A stretch of 64,000 bases of DNA, from the NCBI GenBank assembly GCA_000165425.1, contig CT868034.1, forward strand, positions 62,001 through 126,000, read 5' to 3'. Below the pieces are notes generated by a model. That model was given only the letters and a program-made list of their open reading frames with translations, was not told the origin of the DNA and searched no databases. The number at the start of each line of letters is the position of its first letter. Position 1 is the first letter of the stretch. Origin of the DNA: Paramecium tetraurelia (Eukaryota). A program made the position numbers and the translations under genes. Positions 1-12,835 of this stretch are shown one piece after another.

Positions 1-1075
1 CATTTTGACACTATTAAGAATGTCTAGATTTGTAGATAGAATTGAGAATACAAATTTACTTAAAAGTCTATTGTTAAGCAGATAGTGATGAACATATCAA
101 ATTATTGACTTCAAACAAATTCAATTTCTAAAAGTTTGATGTTAATATCTAAAATTCCAAATAGTTATGTACAAACATTCCTATATAAAGTAATAACGGT
201 GATAACAATATCATGTATACCATGGGTTATTAAATCTGCGTGATTGCACTAATGGCAATTATAATCCCACAGGAATGGATTATTAGCAAAAATAATTTTT
301 GTAACTTGTTCGAGTATTATTAATAGATGTAGATGGAAATGAGTTCCAAGAAAGTTACGAGTAAATAGATGATTGATTGGCCATAGATTGCCACGGTTGG
401 AGAACTCAATACAAAAATATAGGGTTGGATCATTTGTAATAGGAATGTTACGTAGTCTTGGAAGTTTACTTATAACTTTTTGCTTATTCCTTACTTCACA
501 ATCAAAGTGCCTTCGAGGAGGACGAAATAAAATAGGGATACCAAATGGATCATCGTCACATACACGATATCATTGACCAGCCAAGCATAGTCCTATGTTT
601 GGCTTGATCTTTTTAAATTTTGTAGAGCAATTATCAATAAAGGTAATGAAAATGCTACTGAAATACAAATGAAGAAAAAAGTAATTAACTTCATTATGAT
701 GTTTTTAAAATTTGATTTCCTAATGTTCTTTTCAATGGTATCTTTAGTGATGTGGTTAGCAATTAGAACTATACTGATTCCGAGGAACATTGCCAAATTA
801 AACACAAACTGTACGTAATTTTAAAATGAAGGATTAGACAATATCTAACTGATTGGATCTATTAGCAACTGCAATACAGAATAAAATCGATTTTCAACTA
901 CTTCGTAATTATATGTTTCAAACTCCCTGTTTATATCATATGAATAGGGATAAATAACTAATAATAATGAAAATAATCTTCCTAGAGCATAAAAACCTGG
1001 AAGCGATGTGATTTTAGATTGACAGTCAAAATATCCAAGTTGAATGCAAAACAATTCCAGAGCCAAGGCAAACAT
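1..1075 (-). CDS. 5' part of a large multi-pass membrane protein (resembles the N-terminus of ciliate TmcB/PAS-type proteins); runs off the window edge
   Basis: Continuous code-6 frame from ATG 1075 (MFALALELF...) joining track ORFs 845-1075 and 593-805 and open to base 1; many hydrophobic segments, ends ...RHSQQCQN. Confidence 0.6.
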
Positions 1076-1985
1076 TCTAAATTATTTATAAATATTATAC
1101 ATTCATACAATTTTTACAAACTGCTTTATCAATTACAGCGTATAATAAAATACTAAAGAATTTATTCTTGACTTTTAATCCATTCACAACCCTAGATACG
1201 ACATCTTCCTTTCTCAACTCGTGAATTGGCTGTGCATGATAAGAAGTATATTGATTAACCGATATTCTTGACATTTATAAAGTGCAATCAATATAAACAG
1301 ATATCAATAATATTCACAACTTAAAGAAGTAATTTATAAAGTGATATTTCACAAAAACTCAACATTAATAATTAATAAACAATTAAAATTATACTCAAAA
1401 CCTTCAAAAAAAACAAGAAATTATGGATATTATTAAATATTGTATTTGAGTTTGCGTATATAGTAATAGTAATTGAATTGAATTGAAAATATATTAAGGG
1501 GATCATTCTGTTGAAATTCGGCAAAAATCAAGAAACAACACAAAAAGGGAGTTTTAAAGGTTTTTCTGATACTGGCATAATTACCAAAATGGTAGACAAC
1601 TTAAATCAAATCTGTTGTATTGAAAGTAAACAATATTTCAAATTCAATTTTTTAAATTAAGTTTAATTAAGATCTAAATTTTTAATAAATAAATCTGTTA
1701 TTTTAGAATTGACATAATATTTTTTAATTAACAATTAATAAATTACTATTGCCAATTCTAAAAGAAGTAAAAATAAAGATTCCCTAAACCTTCCTCCTTA
1801 AATAGAACAATTACACAATAATACAAATAATTCAAAAGTTAGAAATATCTTTCCTCTTTGCAATAAATGATCAATTGAGAAGGACTAATAATGTTGGCGT
1901 CAATAATCACAAGGTGGATAGGTAAGTAAATACAAGAGTTTATTGCAAATTCATAATTACAAAAGAAAAAAAAATTAAATGAACA

Positions 1986-2789
1986 TCAAATTTCTTCTGT
2001 AAAAGGATCTTTGACTTATTCAAATGTGTATGGCATAAATTTATCTCCTCTAATTCTCAGGTACTCGTTTGCTACTCCTCCTATGAGACCCAAGAATCCC
2101 ACAATGGGCATGCACAACTTCTCTTCAAAAATCAATCTGCTTTCTAGTTTATTGAAATTTCTTATGTCCTAAAGGAATCACAAAGGAAGTATTACTTCGA
2201 TGTCCATGGCACTGAAGAACAATCCATAGATGAATCCGATGAGCGTACTAATAAAGAGTGCGTTGATGATTTGATTGGGTGTTTCTACTAGAGTTCGTTG
2301 CCAGGCTTGTTAGAAGAATCCAATCACAAAGTTAATGGTGTCGACAAACCCAAAAATGAGGGTAAAGTTGAGTGAGACACCCAAGACGACGTATAAGGGA
2401 ATTTTGGTGTAGTAGCCCATGGTTTTATTCCTGAGGGTTTGTAAGATAAATGTTACCAATCTCTTTCAAGACAAAAGCATATGATACCAGATGAGAGTAC
2501 CATGATGCCAAAATACTATAAGAACTTTTTGTTTTTCTGGAGTTGACTGTTTTCGGGTAAGTTGTTTACTCGCATGAGCAACAAGATTCCAATGATGATG
2601 AAGCAAATTCCGAAGTACTTGGAAAATATGAGAAATGAATACAGCTGAAAAAACGATATTGATACTGATTTCGACAAGTACTGCATTGCCAATAGCGGAT
2701 GCCATCAAACAGATGATTAGACCTATGACTCCGGAGGCGGTGAGTTAAATTAATTCAGTGCTCTTGAATTGCTTCAGATATCGATCCAT
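1986..2789 (-). CDS. Uncharacterised multi-pass membrane protein
   Basis: ATG 2789 MDRYLKQFKSTELIQLTASGVIGLIICLMASAIG..., several TM-like stretches, short intron(s), ends ...DPFTEEI-TGA. Confidence 0.7.
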
Positions 2790-2816
2790 AATAAATAAAT
2801 ATATTTATTAATAAAA

Positions 2817-3648
2817 ATGAAAAAAATAATAAGACCATTGGTTGGTTTGATTCAGAGATCCTTTTAATAGGCAGCATAACGTAAAGATGATTAATTGATT
2901 TCGCTTAGCTGTGCCATTCGTGGGAACACAACCATTCATCATTTCAAAGCACAGAAATATCATGGCATTATATGATTTGACTCCTGAAATAGGGAGTCAA
3001 CACTTCATTGCATCTACAGCCACAGTAATCGGTGACGTAGAATTGGCATCTCAATGCGTGGTTTGGTATGGTGCAGTCCTAAGAGGAGATCTCAATGGAA
3101 TCAGGTAAATGAGTCCAAATAGCCTAGAATCTTGAATCGAGTCATCATAGGCGAAAGATCAGTATTGCACACCGCAGCATCATTACCAAATGGCATGCCA
3201 GCTGTGTTAAGCATCGGAAATAATGTCATGGTCCAAAATGATTGCACTCTCTACTCCTGCACTATTGGCGATAATTGTTTCATTGGCTATAGATCCATCA
3301 TCCTTGAAGGAGCCAAACTAGAAGACGGAGCAGTCTTAGCACCAGGAACTGTTGTACCACCTGGAAGACTCATTCCCAGTAATTAATTGTGGGCAGGCAA
3401 TCCAGCTCAATATGTGAGAGATATAGAAGATGTAAACCGAATATATGATAACAATATAGAAAGACTTGAGTCAATTATCTTATGTGATCGGCAATCAATT
3501 TGCTATAGCCAGAGAACACGATTACGAATATTTACCTTACAATAGTGCATATTTGTAGAAAGAAAACTCTCCAGAAGACTCCAATCCAGAGTTGGTTGCT
3601 ACCCTAAGACAATTCGAAAACTGGGAAGAAGGATAGGTCAAATTATGA
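2817..3648 (+). CDS. Gamma carbonic anhydrase-like hexapeptide-repeat protein, probable mitochondrial complex I subunit
   Basis: FIASTATVIGDVEL..VWYGAVLRGDLN, LWAGNPAQY motifs; basic presequence MKKIIRPLVGLIQRSF; three tiny introns. Confidence 0.9.
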
Positions 3649-3695
3649 GACAAATCTATTAAATCATAAAGAAGTATAAAATAATTAATATCAAC

Positions 3696-5417
3696 TCATT
3701 TCCTTTTGGATCGCCTTGATTGATCAAGTTCTCTTAATTTCCAATAGGGGTTGCTTTCACTTGTCCTAGAACTACACTTGCTTTTGGGCTAGGACAATCT
3801 ATTGATGAAGTTCTTCTATAAGTCCTTTAATTGAGTTTAAGTGTTCTTGTCCTCAAGATGTGGTTTGATTTTAAAATCTTCAAACTAGAATCTCTATGAA
3901 CAATTGATATCTGAACTATTAAAAGTGTTTGAGATCATTTCACTTTTATTCTAAATGCTGAAATTCTGAATCTATTATTATTACTCATCCAAAATCATCA
4001 TGATCTTCTTATACTCCAATTTTGAATTATCAAACCACTCCTCCTCAGGGTGGGTGACTGTAGGTTTTGTCTTAAATGTTTTTGAATCATATTGATTTCT
4101 TCCATTCTTCGAAGACAAAGAAGATTGAGGGACATTCTAAACCAAACTCAAATTAGATCTAAATCCCAGATTCCCTTTTGAATTGATCATCTATAAAGGC
4201 AAAGACAGAGCATTTTGCGATTGTTAATGAAGTGATTTATGTTTCAAAGGTGCTTTGTTTGGCATTCCTGTTGCTTAAGTCTAGATAATCTTCTTCATTG
4301 GCTGAGTTAGATCTCTGCTTGTAGAATTGATTTTGCAATCCAATTTATGGAAATGATGTTGTGATTATTATTTGGACAGCAACCCATTCATAGTCACCTT
4401 TGGCACTTAGGTTCTCTTATACTCATATGGGTGAGCAGGCTTAGAATTCTAATAGACATCTTTAGAGTCATCGAATTCCAGACTGTTTTATGAATGCAAC
4501 ACCATTGGGATTAGAAAAGTAGATTCCAGACAGGATGGTCTTCTGGAACCTTGTTAATACTCCTCATTGTTTTATTCTATAAAATTGGATGTTGAGAGTT
4601 CAAATATCTTATCGTCCTTATTTAACCCTTGAAATTAAGCAGTTCCAGGGGTTTCTAACTATTTGGAATTCTTTTTGGTCAATGCTTGCCAATCACTTTC
4701 CAAAGATTCAAAAGTTATACTATTTGATATTTGTTGATCTATTCTTGATTGAGTTTAAGTGCAGTTCTGTAATATAAATTAAAGAGCTTCTTCTTCTTTA
4801 CTTTCCCTCCTGTTCAACTTTAATGGTTGACATCTATCTTCATTAGATATCAGTGTTCTAAATGATTCTTCAAATGTTTTTGATCTCCTTCTGTTATTGA
4901 ACTATAATGGTCTATCCTCCATTTAGGGTCTATAATATTGATCTACATCCATCATAGGTTTCTTTTTGTCATATTCTTGACATGACTGTTCTGTAGCCTT
5001 GACCTGACTACTTTGCATTGTTGAATCTTGATGTCTGACCATATTCTTTAGCAGATCCAGTAATTGAATATGGGATTCATCATTCTCCTAAACTATTTTA
5101 GTACTACTTCGCTTTCTATGTAATTTCTCCAAGGGATTTCTTACGACGGGTGTTTCTTAAAACATTTTCTAACTTAAATCACAAAACCATACTTATTATA
5201 TACCATTAAACTACTTTTCTGAAGATTTGGAACACAGTTTCATGTCCAAATTGATTTTCGATGTCGGTCTCAATTTATTACGACTCTCTGCACTCAACAA
5301 TTTAGGAGTGTTCTGATACTGATAAGGGATGTTTTCTTTGTTTTAATTGAGCATGTTTTGGTAATACTGTGTAATGTTGGTTTCAGACTCATTAGCCTCA
5401 AACTGCTGATTTCCCAT
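3696..5417 (-). CDS. Hypothetical low-complexity Q/S/N-rich protein (3' end approximate)
   Basis: Long code-6 frame from ATG 5417 MGNQQFEANESETN...; possible N-myristoylation (MG). Confidence 0.6.
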
Positions 5418-6114
5418 TAATTAACTAGCAGTTAAAAAATTATAATAAATTTATTATTTTCAGGTGTTAACAATAAATAATAGAATATTCAATTTCTAAA
5501 AGAGTTCCAGGGTTATAAGACTTTCTAAACAGACTGGAGATCAACATAAGGTGTTGATCTTTGATTCTTCTTATTAGTTATAATAGAAAAAGTGAGAGTA
5601 GGAATCATATATAGTCCAGTATTTAAAGAACATAATCAAGGGAAAGAAAGTGAGTATTACAATGAATTTACTTAAAGCAGAAAATGAGTGAATTTTTAAA
5701 GGAATACTTTCATAAAAAGCATCTATTATTAGTAAGTCAAATTGAATATCTTCTTCATTCAAATATTCATATTATTAATTAAAGTGTTGTTTTTTAATCA
5801 AAATGTTATCATTATAACCACAATATCCTAAATAATTTTAATGATACGCAATATTATAATATATGTGTGTCATGTTTATTTAATTCTTGCATCAAGAACC
5901 AACATAAAGGAATGGTTTAATAATAAAGAATCTACAGATTATATAATTAAATTATCCTAATTTAAGGATTAACAAATAGATTGAATTCATGAGAATTGGG
6001 AATCAAATTTGAGAACCCAGAAAAAGTTGATGAATGTATTTGCAACTAATCGAATAAAATTGGGATTAATAAGTTTGGATGAAGTAAATTAAAAACAGTA
6101 ATTATAATATATGC

Positions 6115-6888
6115 ATGAATACTCTAATTAAATCAATAGCAGGGAAATTCTCGACAGTTGCATTGCATGCTGCTGTACCTTTCACAGGGTACAAGTACGA
6201 TGACATCGATACCTCCAAAAGTTATAGATTGCGATCTTTACTCTCTGAAATTTGGGACAACAGAATTGACGAAGGATTTCACATGGCTTACGAGTACTTA
6301 TTGCTTTAAATAAATAGACAATTCATTCAAGCACTCAGTGAGAAGGATTACAAGTTCATCTCAACAATAGCTAATGCAAGTCTAGAAAGATCTTTGGAGA
6401 AATATAATTTTCAATTGTTAAATCTCTAGAATGGAACAAAAGATATTATCTATTCTGATTTAACGTATGGTCTCATAATAAAAATAGGTTGTCACTTGGT
6501 GATAAATCACAATAGTGTGTAAAGATGTCTCTTTTTGACTGTGTGAATTTAGACATATATGGTAATGATCATGAACGATCTGAAATTGAAAAGTACATCC
6601 ATACAATATTTAGTGTCACCTTTCGAATTGAGTGCTACATACTGTCCTAGTTAATGTTGTATCCAACTCCTGAAGCCCATTTTGAATCAATTTATCACAG
6701 AGTATTTAAACACTCTTAACCTTTAGGTGATGTTTGAATTGAAACTGACATAAGCAGCCAAGACCACTCCAGATTTAATTAAAGTATTGCTCCTGAGTTC
6801 AAAAAAAAGAATGAAATATCTCCGAAATCATTTTATAGGCAAATAATATGAATGGCGAATTATGGAAATAGATAATTTAAACTTGTGA
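6115..6888 (+). CDS. Probable mitochondrial protein, possibly Tim44-like domain
   Basis: Presequence-like MNTLIKSIAGKFST; C-terminal HRVMFELKL...EWRIMEIDN resembles the Tim44/MRPL45-type fold end; three tiny introns. Confidence 0.55.
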
Positions 6889-6921
6889 TGAATTATCTAT
6901 TTAATTATATATAATATATAA

Positions 6922-8978
6922 TCACAACACTTCATTATCTAAAACTTATGAATTCTCCTTCTATTCATCATCGTCCTATTTATTCCTTCCCTAATTGACT
7001 TACTATTCCCCCTCAGCAACATCGTTCTCCACCTTCGTATCTCTGATGGTTTATTGTTCCTCCCCATTCTTGCTTTAATTCTCCTGATTTCTCTTTTTAC
7101 TCGATTATCTAATCTTAACTACTTAGATTGGTCGTTTGAAAAGAGAACGAACATCTCCATTCTTCTACGCCTAATTAGTACTGGTCTTAGCTGTTTGTCT
7201 CTCAGTCATCGGTTCCAAATAAGTCGAATTATTCTCTGTTATCAGCTTCCCTTGATAACCTTTGATCTACACTTCTGAATAGTTCCTTTGCATTTTCTTG
7301 GCTTTCGTTGTTTCCAGCAACTCTTAAAATAAACTCTCTAATCTTGTCTTCGAATCCAATAAGGTTTGGTTTTCAAAGTCCAACCTCTTCGATTTCTCTT
7401 TAAAATAGCCTGCTGATTCCATCGTAGATTTCAACGAACTCTACGCTGCCTTGTGAGATTACTTTAATAACACCAATTCGGTCTACTATTCTTGGACTTG
7501 CTTTTTCAATAACTCGATTTCACTCAACTTACCTTTTTTATTCTATTAAGCAATCAAGAAATCTAACTACTACTTTAATTCAGATTTATCTCTTTATAAC
7601 ATCCTCACTTACTCCTTCGCTTTACTGAGATCCCCCTCCAGTATTATTATTTATTCCCTTTAAGATTTACTCAATTTCATCAAGGCTTTTACCTATAGAA
7701 AAGAGCACTCTATACTTCTTAATCTAGTTTTCTCATCTTATCAAATTATTCTATTAATTTCTTGTCCTTCTCAAGCTATTTGCTCGTACTTTCCTTCTGA
7801 ATGATCTGCAATTCCCTTTGCTTCATTAACAACTCCCTATTCTGATCATTAACTAATTGCAATTATTCTAAAATGGTAGCATTTTCACTATTAGATGATA
7901 ATAACAATTGTGATACATCTCCAATTACGATATCCTGTTCTCGTAATCCCTCTTTGCATTCTAGATTTGTGCATCCTTATCTTAGAGTCTCTTTTCATAA
8001 GTCAATCCTACATCCTTCAACTATGCTTGAAGTACTGAATTGCTAGATTGCATATGTATAAATTTAGCATTCTCAGCATTTATTTAATTTTATAACTCTT
8101 GTAACTATTTCTCTTTCTCAGAGACTTACTCTGAATAACAATTGAGTTGTTGGTTCAAGTATTGCATTTCCTGTAATTGTTTCTCATTCACCTTTTTGAG
8201 ACTATCATTTTCACATTACAATATATCCTTCTTTCTATTTGCTTGTTCAATTTCCTCCTTATTGCTTTAAGCCTTGCCTTCCATCTACTATTCCAATATA
8301 GTTAAATTCCTCAACTATTCCTCATGCATTTTCTCTCTCTCAAATATCTGACTTTGATAACTTAGCAATTGTTCTCTCAATGTTTATAATTCTTTATTGT
8401 GTTGTGCTCTCTAATCCTCTTAACTATCTTGCATCTATTTCTAGACTACCTCCAAGTCTTTTATCTGATTTGTTAGTTTCTCCTTCTCCAAGTTCAGTAA
8501 GTGCTCGGTATACACCAACTTCTCATTGATTGATTTCAAATCATTGCAATCCAACTAGAGATCTCTAATCGTTTACTCCATTCCAGATGTACTGCCATCT
8601 TTATGCTATTGATTGGACAACTATTGATTGGCTAATTCCAATTCTGCTTTGACAGTTGCAAGGTCATCCTGATGCAACTTGAGTAATTGCTTAATTTTAG
8701 ATGTAACTTATACTTTAAATTCTCTTTCCTTGGTTTTCCACTCCACAACATCACTCTAGTTTTTTTCTATAAGTTTTAAATTTTGGCTCTCAAGCATTTT
8801 GATCTTCTCCTGCAATTCTAAGACCTAGAATATAAAAATGTTGTTTTTCAAATACATCAGCATTCTAATTGATTCGAGTTTCTAGAGTAGCTACCTTTGT
8901 TTCTAGTTATAATACTTATGTTTGTCGACTTTCCAGTTCGAATTCAAGAGATTTGATTTTGATATCTTTATCAATCAT
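6922..8978 (-). CDS. Long coiled-coil protein
   Basis: ATG 8978 MIDKDIKIKSLEFELESRQ..., E/K/Q/L heptad composition throughout, TGA at 6922-6924. Confidence 0.75.
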
Positions 8979-8991
8979 TAAATTTATTAAT

Positions 8992-9637
8992 ATGGGAATA
9001 GACATTGTCAACTTCTATAGCAGTTATGGTAGTTATCACAGCAATTTAGTGTAAGTTTAGTTCGTAACAACGTAGGAACAAAGCCATTCACTTAGTTTGC
9101 ATTCCACTCATTTTGCTCTCTGCTGTCTAAATTTTGAACCATTACACATTCACCATCGACACAGGCTGTTGTAAGCTTAACATTGGTTTAATCATGCTCT
9201 TAGTCCTCGCTCTGGTGTATATGGCTGTCGACTTTTTGAGTGGAGTAAGATATTTGTTATATATGATACACTAAGATTCTTGCTTCTTCATTTTACATAT
9301 CAGTCACTCTTCTACTCAACCAACACTTTGCCAATGCAGATGAGGCTTAATGGAGTCATCACCTGTGTGTGGCCATTACTTTCCAAGTGACTTGCTGGAT
9401 TTTGTAATTTATTGGACATGGAGTGTTTGAAAGTAATTCTATGCAAAAATTCTTCTAATTTTCCTAGAGCGAGCACCTGCCCTGTTGGACAATATCCTGT
9501 AAATCTTTGTGGCTCCTGACTTTGTGTTCTTGGAAATATTGTTCTTTTTGGGTTACAAACCACAGATCCATAAGGCTTGTTAGATTTAGATTGAGAACAG
9601 TGTCAAACAGTTCAGAAATGATAAGAAACAAAAATGA
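8992..9637 (+). CDS. Mpo1-like / DUF962 ER membrane protein (2-hydroxy fatty acid dioxygenase family)
   Basis: YGSYHSNLVNKAIHLVCIP, QFIGHGVFEKRAPALLDN and APDFVFLE motifs after removing three tiny introns. Confidence 0.9.
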
Positions 9638-9662
9638 TATAATATTAAAATTAATATTATCA

Positions 9663-10062
9663 ATGATAGCCAAGGAACAAGTTGATGTCATAGATCAATA
9701 CGCTCAATCCATCGTTAGTTACGTAGACACCCAATAAAAGAGTATGTCTATACAGTATTAGCTATAGTGGTCTAATTGAAGACTGCAACCATTTAGAAAC
9801 TGAATGAGGTGACTATTGTGCATTACTAAAAGAACTTGGACAAGATCAACTAAATACGAGAAGAATTTGAGGAAACCAAAAGCATTTGTAAGTTATCCAA
9901 TCTTTTATCAAGACGGCAGAGAATAAATTGGATGAGAATATTCAGAAAATCAATCAAATACAGAATTCTATCGAAGGAATGGAATCATAAGTGGATCATC
10001 TGGATTTGATCTTGAAAAGGATTGATGTTAAATTGACAGAGTTAGAAAGGCTAAAGTAATGA
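9663..10062 (+). CDS. BLOC-1 subunit 2 (BLOS2)-like small coiled-coil protein
   Basis: EDCNHLETLNEVTIVHY...KINQIQNSIEGMESQVDHLDLILKRID follows the BLOS2 pattern; two tiny introns. Confidence 0.6.
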
Positions 10063-10110
10063 TATTTGATTCTGATTTTATATATATTTATATACATATA
10101 TATTTTAAAT

Positions 10111-11584
10111 ATGCAAAGTGATTTCTAAGAGGAAGTAGTTAAATCAGAATACGTTTAAGCAGAGGATCAATCGTTCAAGTTTGTCAATATGCCTAGTTAT
10201 AATCCAGAACAACTTGTAGAGGATCGTCTCAGAGAGTCTATTCGACAATCAGCTGCTCAAAGAACAGTCAATCATTAGGATGACCCAACTTCTGTGAAAT
10301 TTCATAGACATCAATCGTACAATCAATTACAAGCTTGGATGGAACAAGTGGGAATCGATATGTAGCAACACAGACAAATTATTAAGGATGTGTATCGTCT
10401 TTTAGATAAGCGAATTGCAATTTCAAACAGAAGCATTCAAAATCTCATTCATTTCATCAAGACATTTGTGTAACATGAAAAATAAAATGTAGAGTATTTG
10501 AGAACTAAGAATAATGATATCAATAAGCTGTTTCAAGACGGATAGACATTCTACTACCCTAAATTGGATGAAACCATCAAAGAAATTTGTAATTACGATC
10601 AAGGTAATGCTATCAAAATCTTGAATCTCCTCGATGGGATTGACAAATTCATAAAAGAGAAGCTGGACTTCAACATAGAGATGTTTGAAACTGGCATCTC
10701 AATTCATAGAGATCAATATCGGAAGGCCTTTAGTAATTTCGCCTCCAGTTCTTCCAAACTCACAAAATATCGCAGGAGACACTAAGGATTGTATCTTAGA
10801 CAGATGCAGGGAGAATCCAAAGGGAAGGATCTCTATCATACTGAACGCAAATTGATCAACTCCTTTCTTGAGATGGCTAAATTGTAGAAGAATATGGGAT
10901 AGGCAGTAACAAGACTATTTGATGAAGTCAAGAAACAAGAAGTCCACAGATATCAAATTGTCATCACTTCTCTTAGGATGTATCTTGATAAGCATGTCCA
11001 ATTAAGTCAGAGCAAATAACAATAGATCTCAGCCTAAGAAGAATTGATATATGGAGTATCATTTCCATTTTTATATAGTCTAGCTTATCAATTAATTGGA
11101 ATCTGAATAAGTAATAGAATCATTTGAAGTATTGAATTTCTTAGGCCCTGACATTGTGAGGATTGTATAGAAGATGCTTGGGAAACAACAATTGACCCTT
11201 CCACAATTGCAGGATTTCCTCTGCAATTACCCTGATGCCTATATAAAATTGAGTAGTGTTCAGGAGAATCATTCCTTGGTTAAATTAAGAATTAAAAGTG
11301 CATAAATTGATTGTGGTAATGTCCTGAAAACTTGGAAGCCTTGTCAAATTATTGCTACAATTGATAACAACATTCTTATCTACTTGAAGGAGAACAATGA
11401 GTTCAAAGGCAAATTCTATTGCGACTCTTCACATATTGTACAAAAGACCAGAGTGCCTTTGACTGCAGAAATCAAATGTACGAAAGCTGGGTTTATATTT
11501 GACTCTACCAAAACAGCTCTCTTGCAATTGGAAGCTCAGGATTTCGATTCTCTTCATGGTTTGTTATTCAAATAACCCAAATGA
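10111..11584 (+). CDS. BAR-like helical domain plus C-terminal PH-like domain protein
   Basis: Long helical N-terminal region (KRIAISNRSIQNLIHFIKTFVQHEKQ), C-terminal GNVLKTWKPCQIIATIDNNILIY typical of PH strands 1-3. Confidence 0.55.
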
Positions 11585-11703
11585 ATTAATTATCTACATA
11601 TTTGGTATCTATATTGAATAATCTTTGTGGAATTGAATTTTACATATATATATGACTATATTACTTTATAGAATAATAAAAACGAAAAAGCAATCATTGC
11701 AAT

Positions 11704-12809
11704 TCAGTTATGAACTATTGAGCTAACTTTTATTGTTATTGTTTCTGTTGTTGATTCTTTCTCAATTTTTTGAATGTGAAATAAACTAATAATGGTAGAA
11801 GGATCACTTGGAGTACAATAAATATTATTTCTAAAACTCCGATTGATTGTTGTTTATCCTGTATGCATAGACTGGTCTTGAGCTATTAGACAAACACGTA
11901 ATTTTCTTCAGTTTGAACATTGAAGATCTTATTTTTTAAGAATGGCAATCCCAATATGATAGCATCCTCATATCGTTCTTCTGTGTATATTTTCAATACT
12001 TCTTATTCATTTTCATAATTGATGACATAGTTGATGGGATCTACTATCAAGGGATTGGCTTGATTGGCATTATTATAAAATAACAGGGAATCCAAGTCGT
12101 CACTCCTGTCCTTGCGATCTCTAAAGTAGAATCCATTGGAGTCAAGGGTGAAACCTTTGGATTCAAAGTACTTTTTGGGGAAGATTTGTTTGGGTAGTGA
12201 AATGACATCTTCTGAAACAATATAGACTGGAAATGAAGCAATATCATAAACTTTGAAGGCAATTTCCATATTTTGAAGATGAAGACTATAGGCAATATAC
12301 TGCTCTTCCTTCAATCTGGTAGAGATGCCTTCAGTATTTGAAGGTTAATAGTTCTCAGATATTGAATTGAAATCTGTGATAATGTATCCTTCAGTGTCAG
12401 AGAGACACAAACTAAATCCGTTCTGATAAAAGGAGTTTTGGTGGCTCTGAAATGGAGCCAGAGCAAGGAAACTAATTGTATTCTTGACATCTTCCAATAA
12501 TTGTTGGTCAGAGTAAATGATGGTTTACTCGATCTTTTCATCTGATGTGATGTCGTAAAGGTAGAAGTTCTCCTTTTCGAGCTTGACTTTAGTGGTTTGT
12601 CCATTCTGTTATACTTCTTCGTAGCATTCGTGCAATTCAAAGTCTGGACATTTATCATTCTGGGAGTGTCTTTACAAGAATTCAGACAAAACTTCATCCA
12701 ATTTCAGTTGAACCTGGAAGTCGGAGTCCAAGGTCAAGTAGGGGCGTTCGTCTCTATAGGAAACTGGATACATGGAAGAGACAATATAGAATTAGAGAAA
12801 CAAAAACAT
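11704..12809 (-). CDS. Degenerate pepsin-like (A1 aspartic protease fold) type I membrane protein
   Basis: Signal-like N-terminus, FSLCL and IILGLPFL motifs, C-terminal TM plus basic tail; no DTG/DSG motif; intronless code-6 frame. Confidence 0.6.
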
Positions 12810-12835
12810 TTATAAATAAAATTAAAAAATTAGAA

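Noticed and set aside
5538..5560. Perfect 9-bp inverted repeat AGATCAACA/TGTTGATCT
   Set aside because: Single short hairpin with no supporting context; plausible by chance in 64 kb
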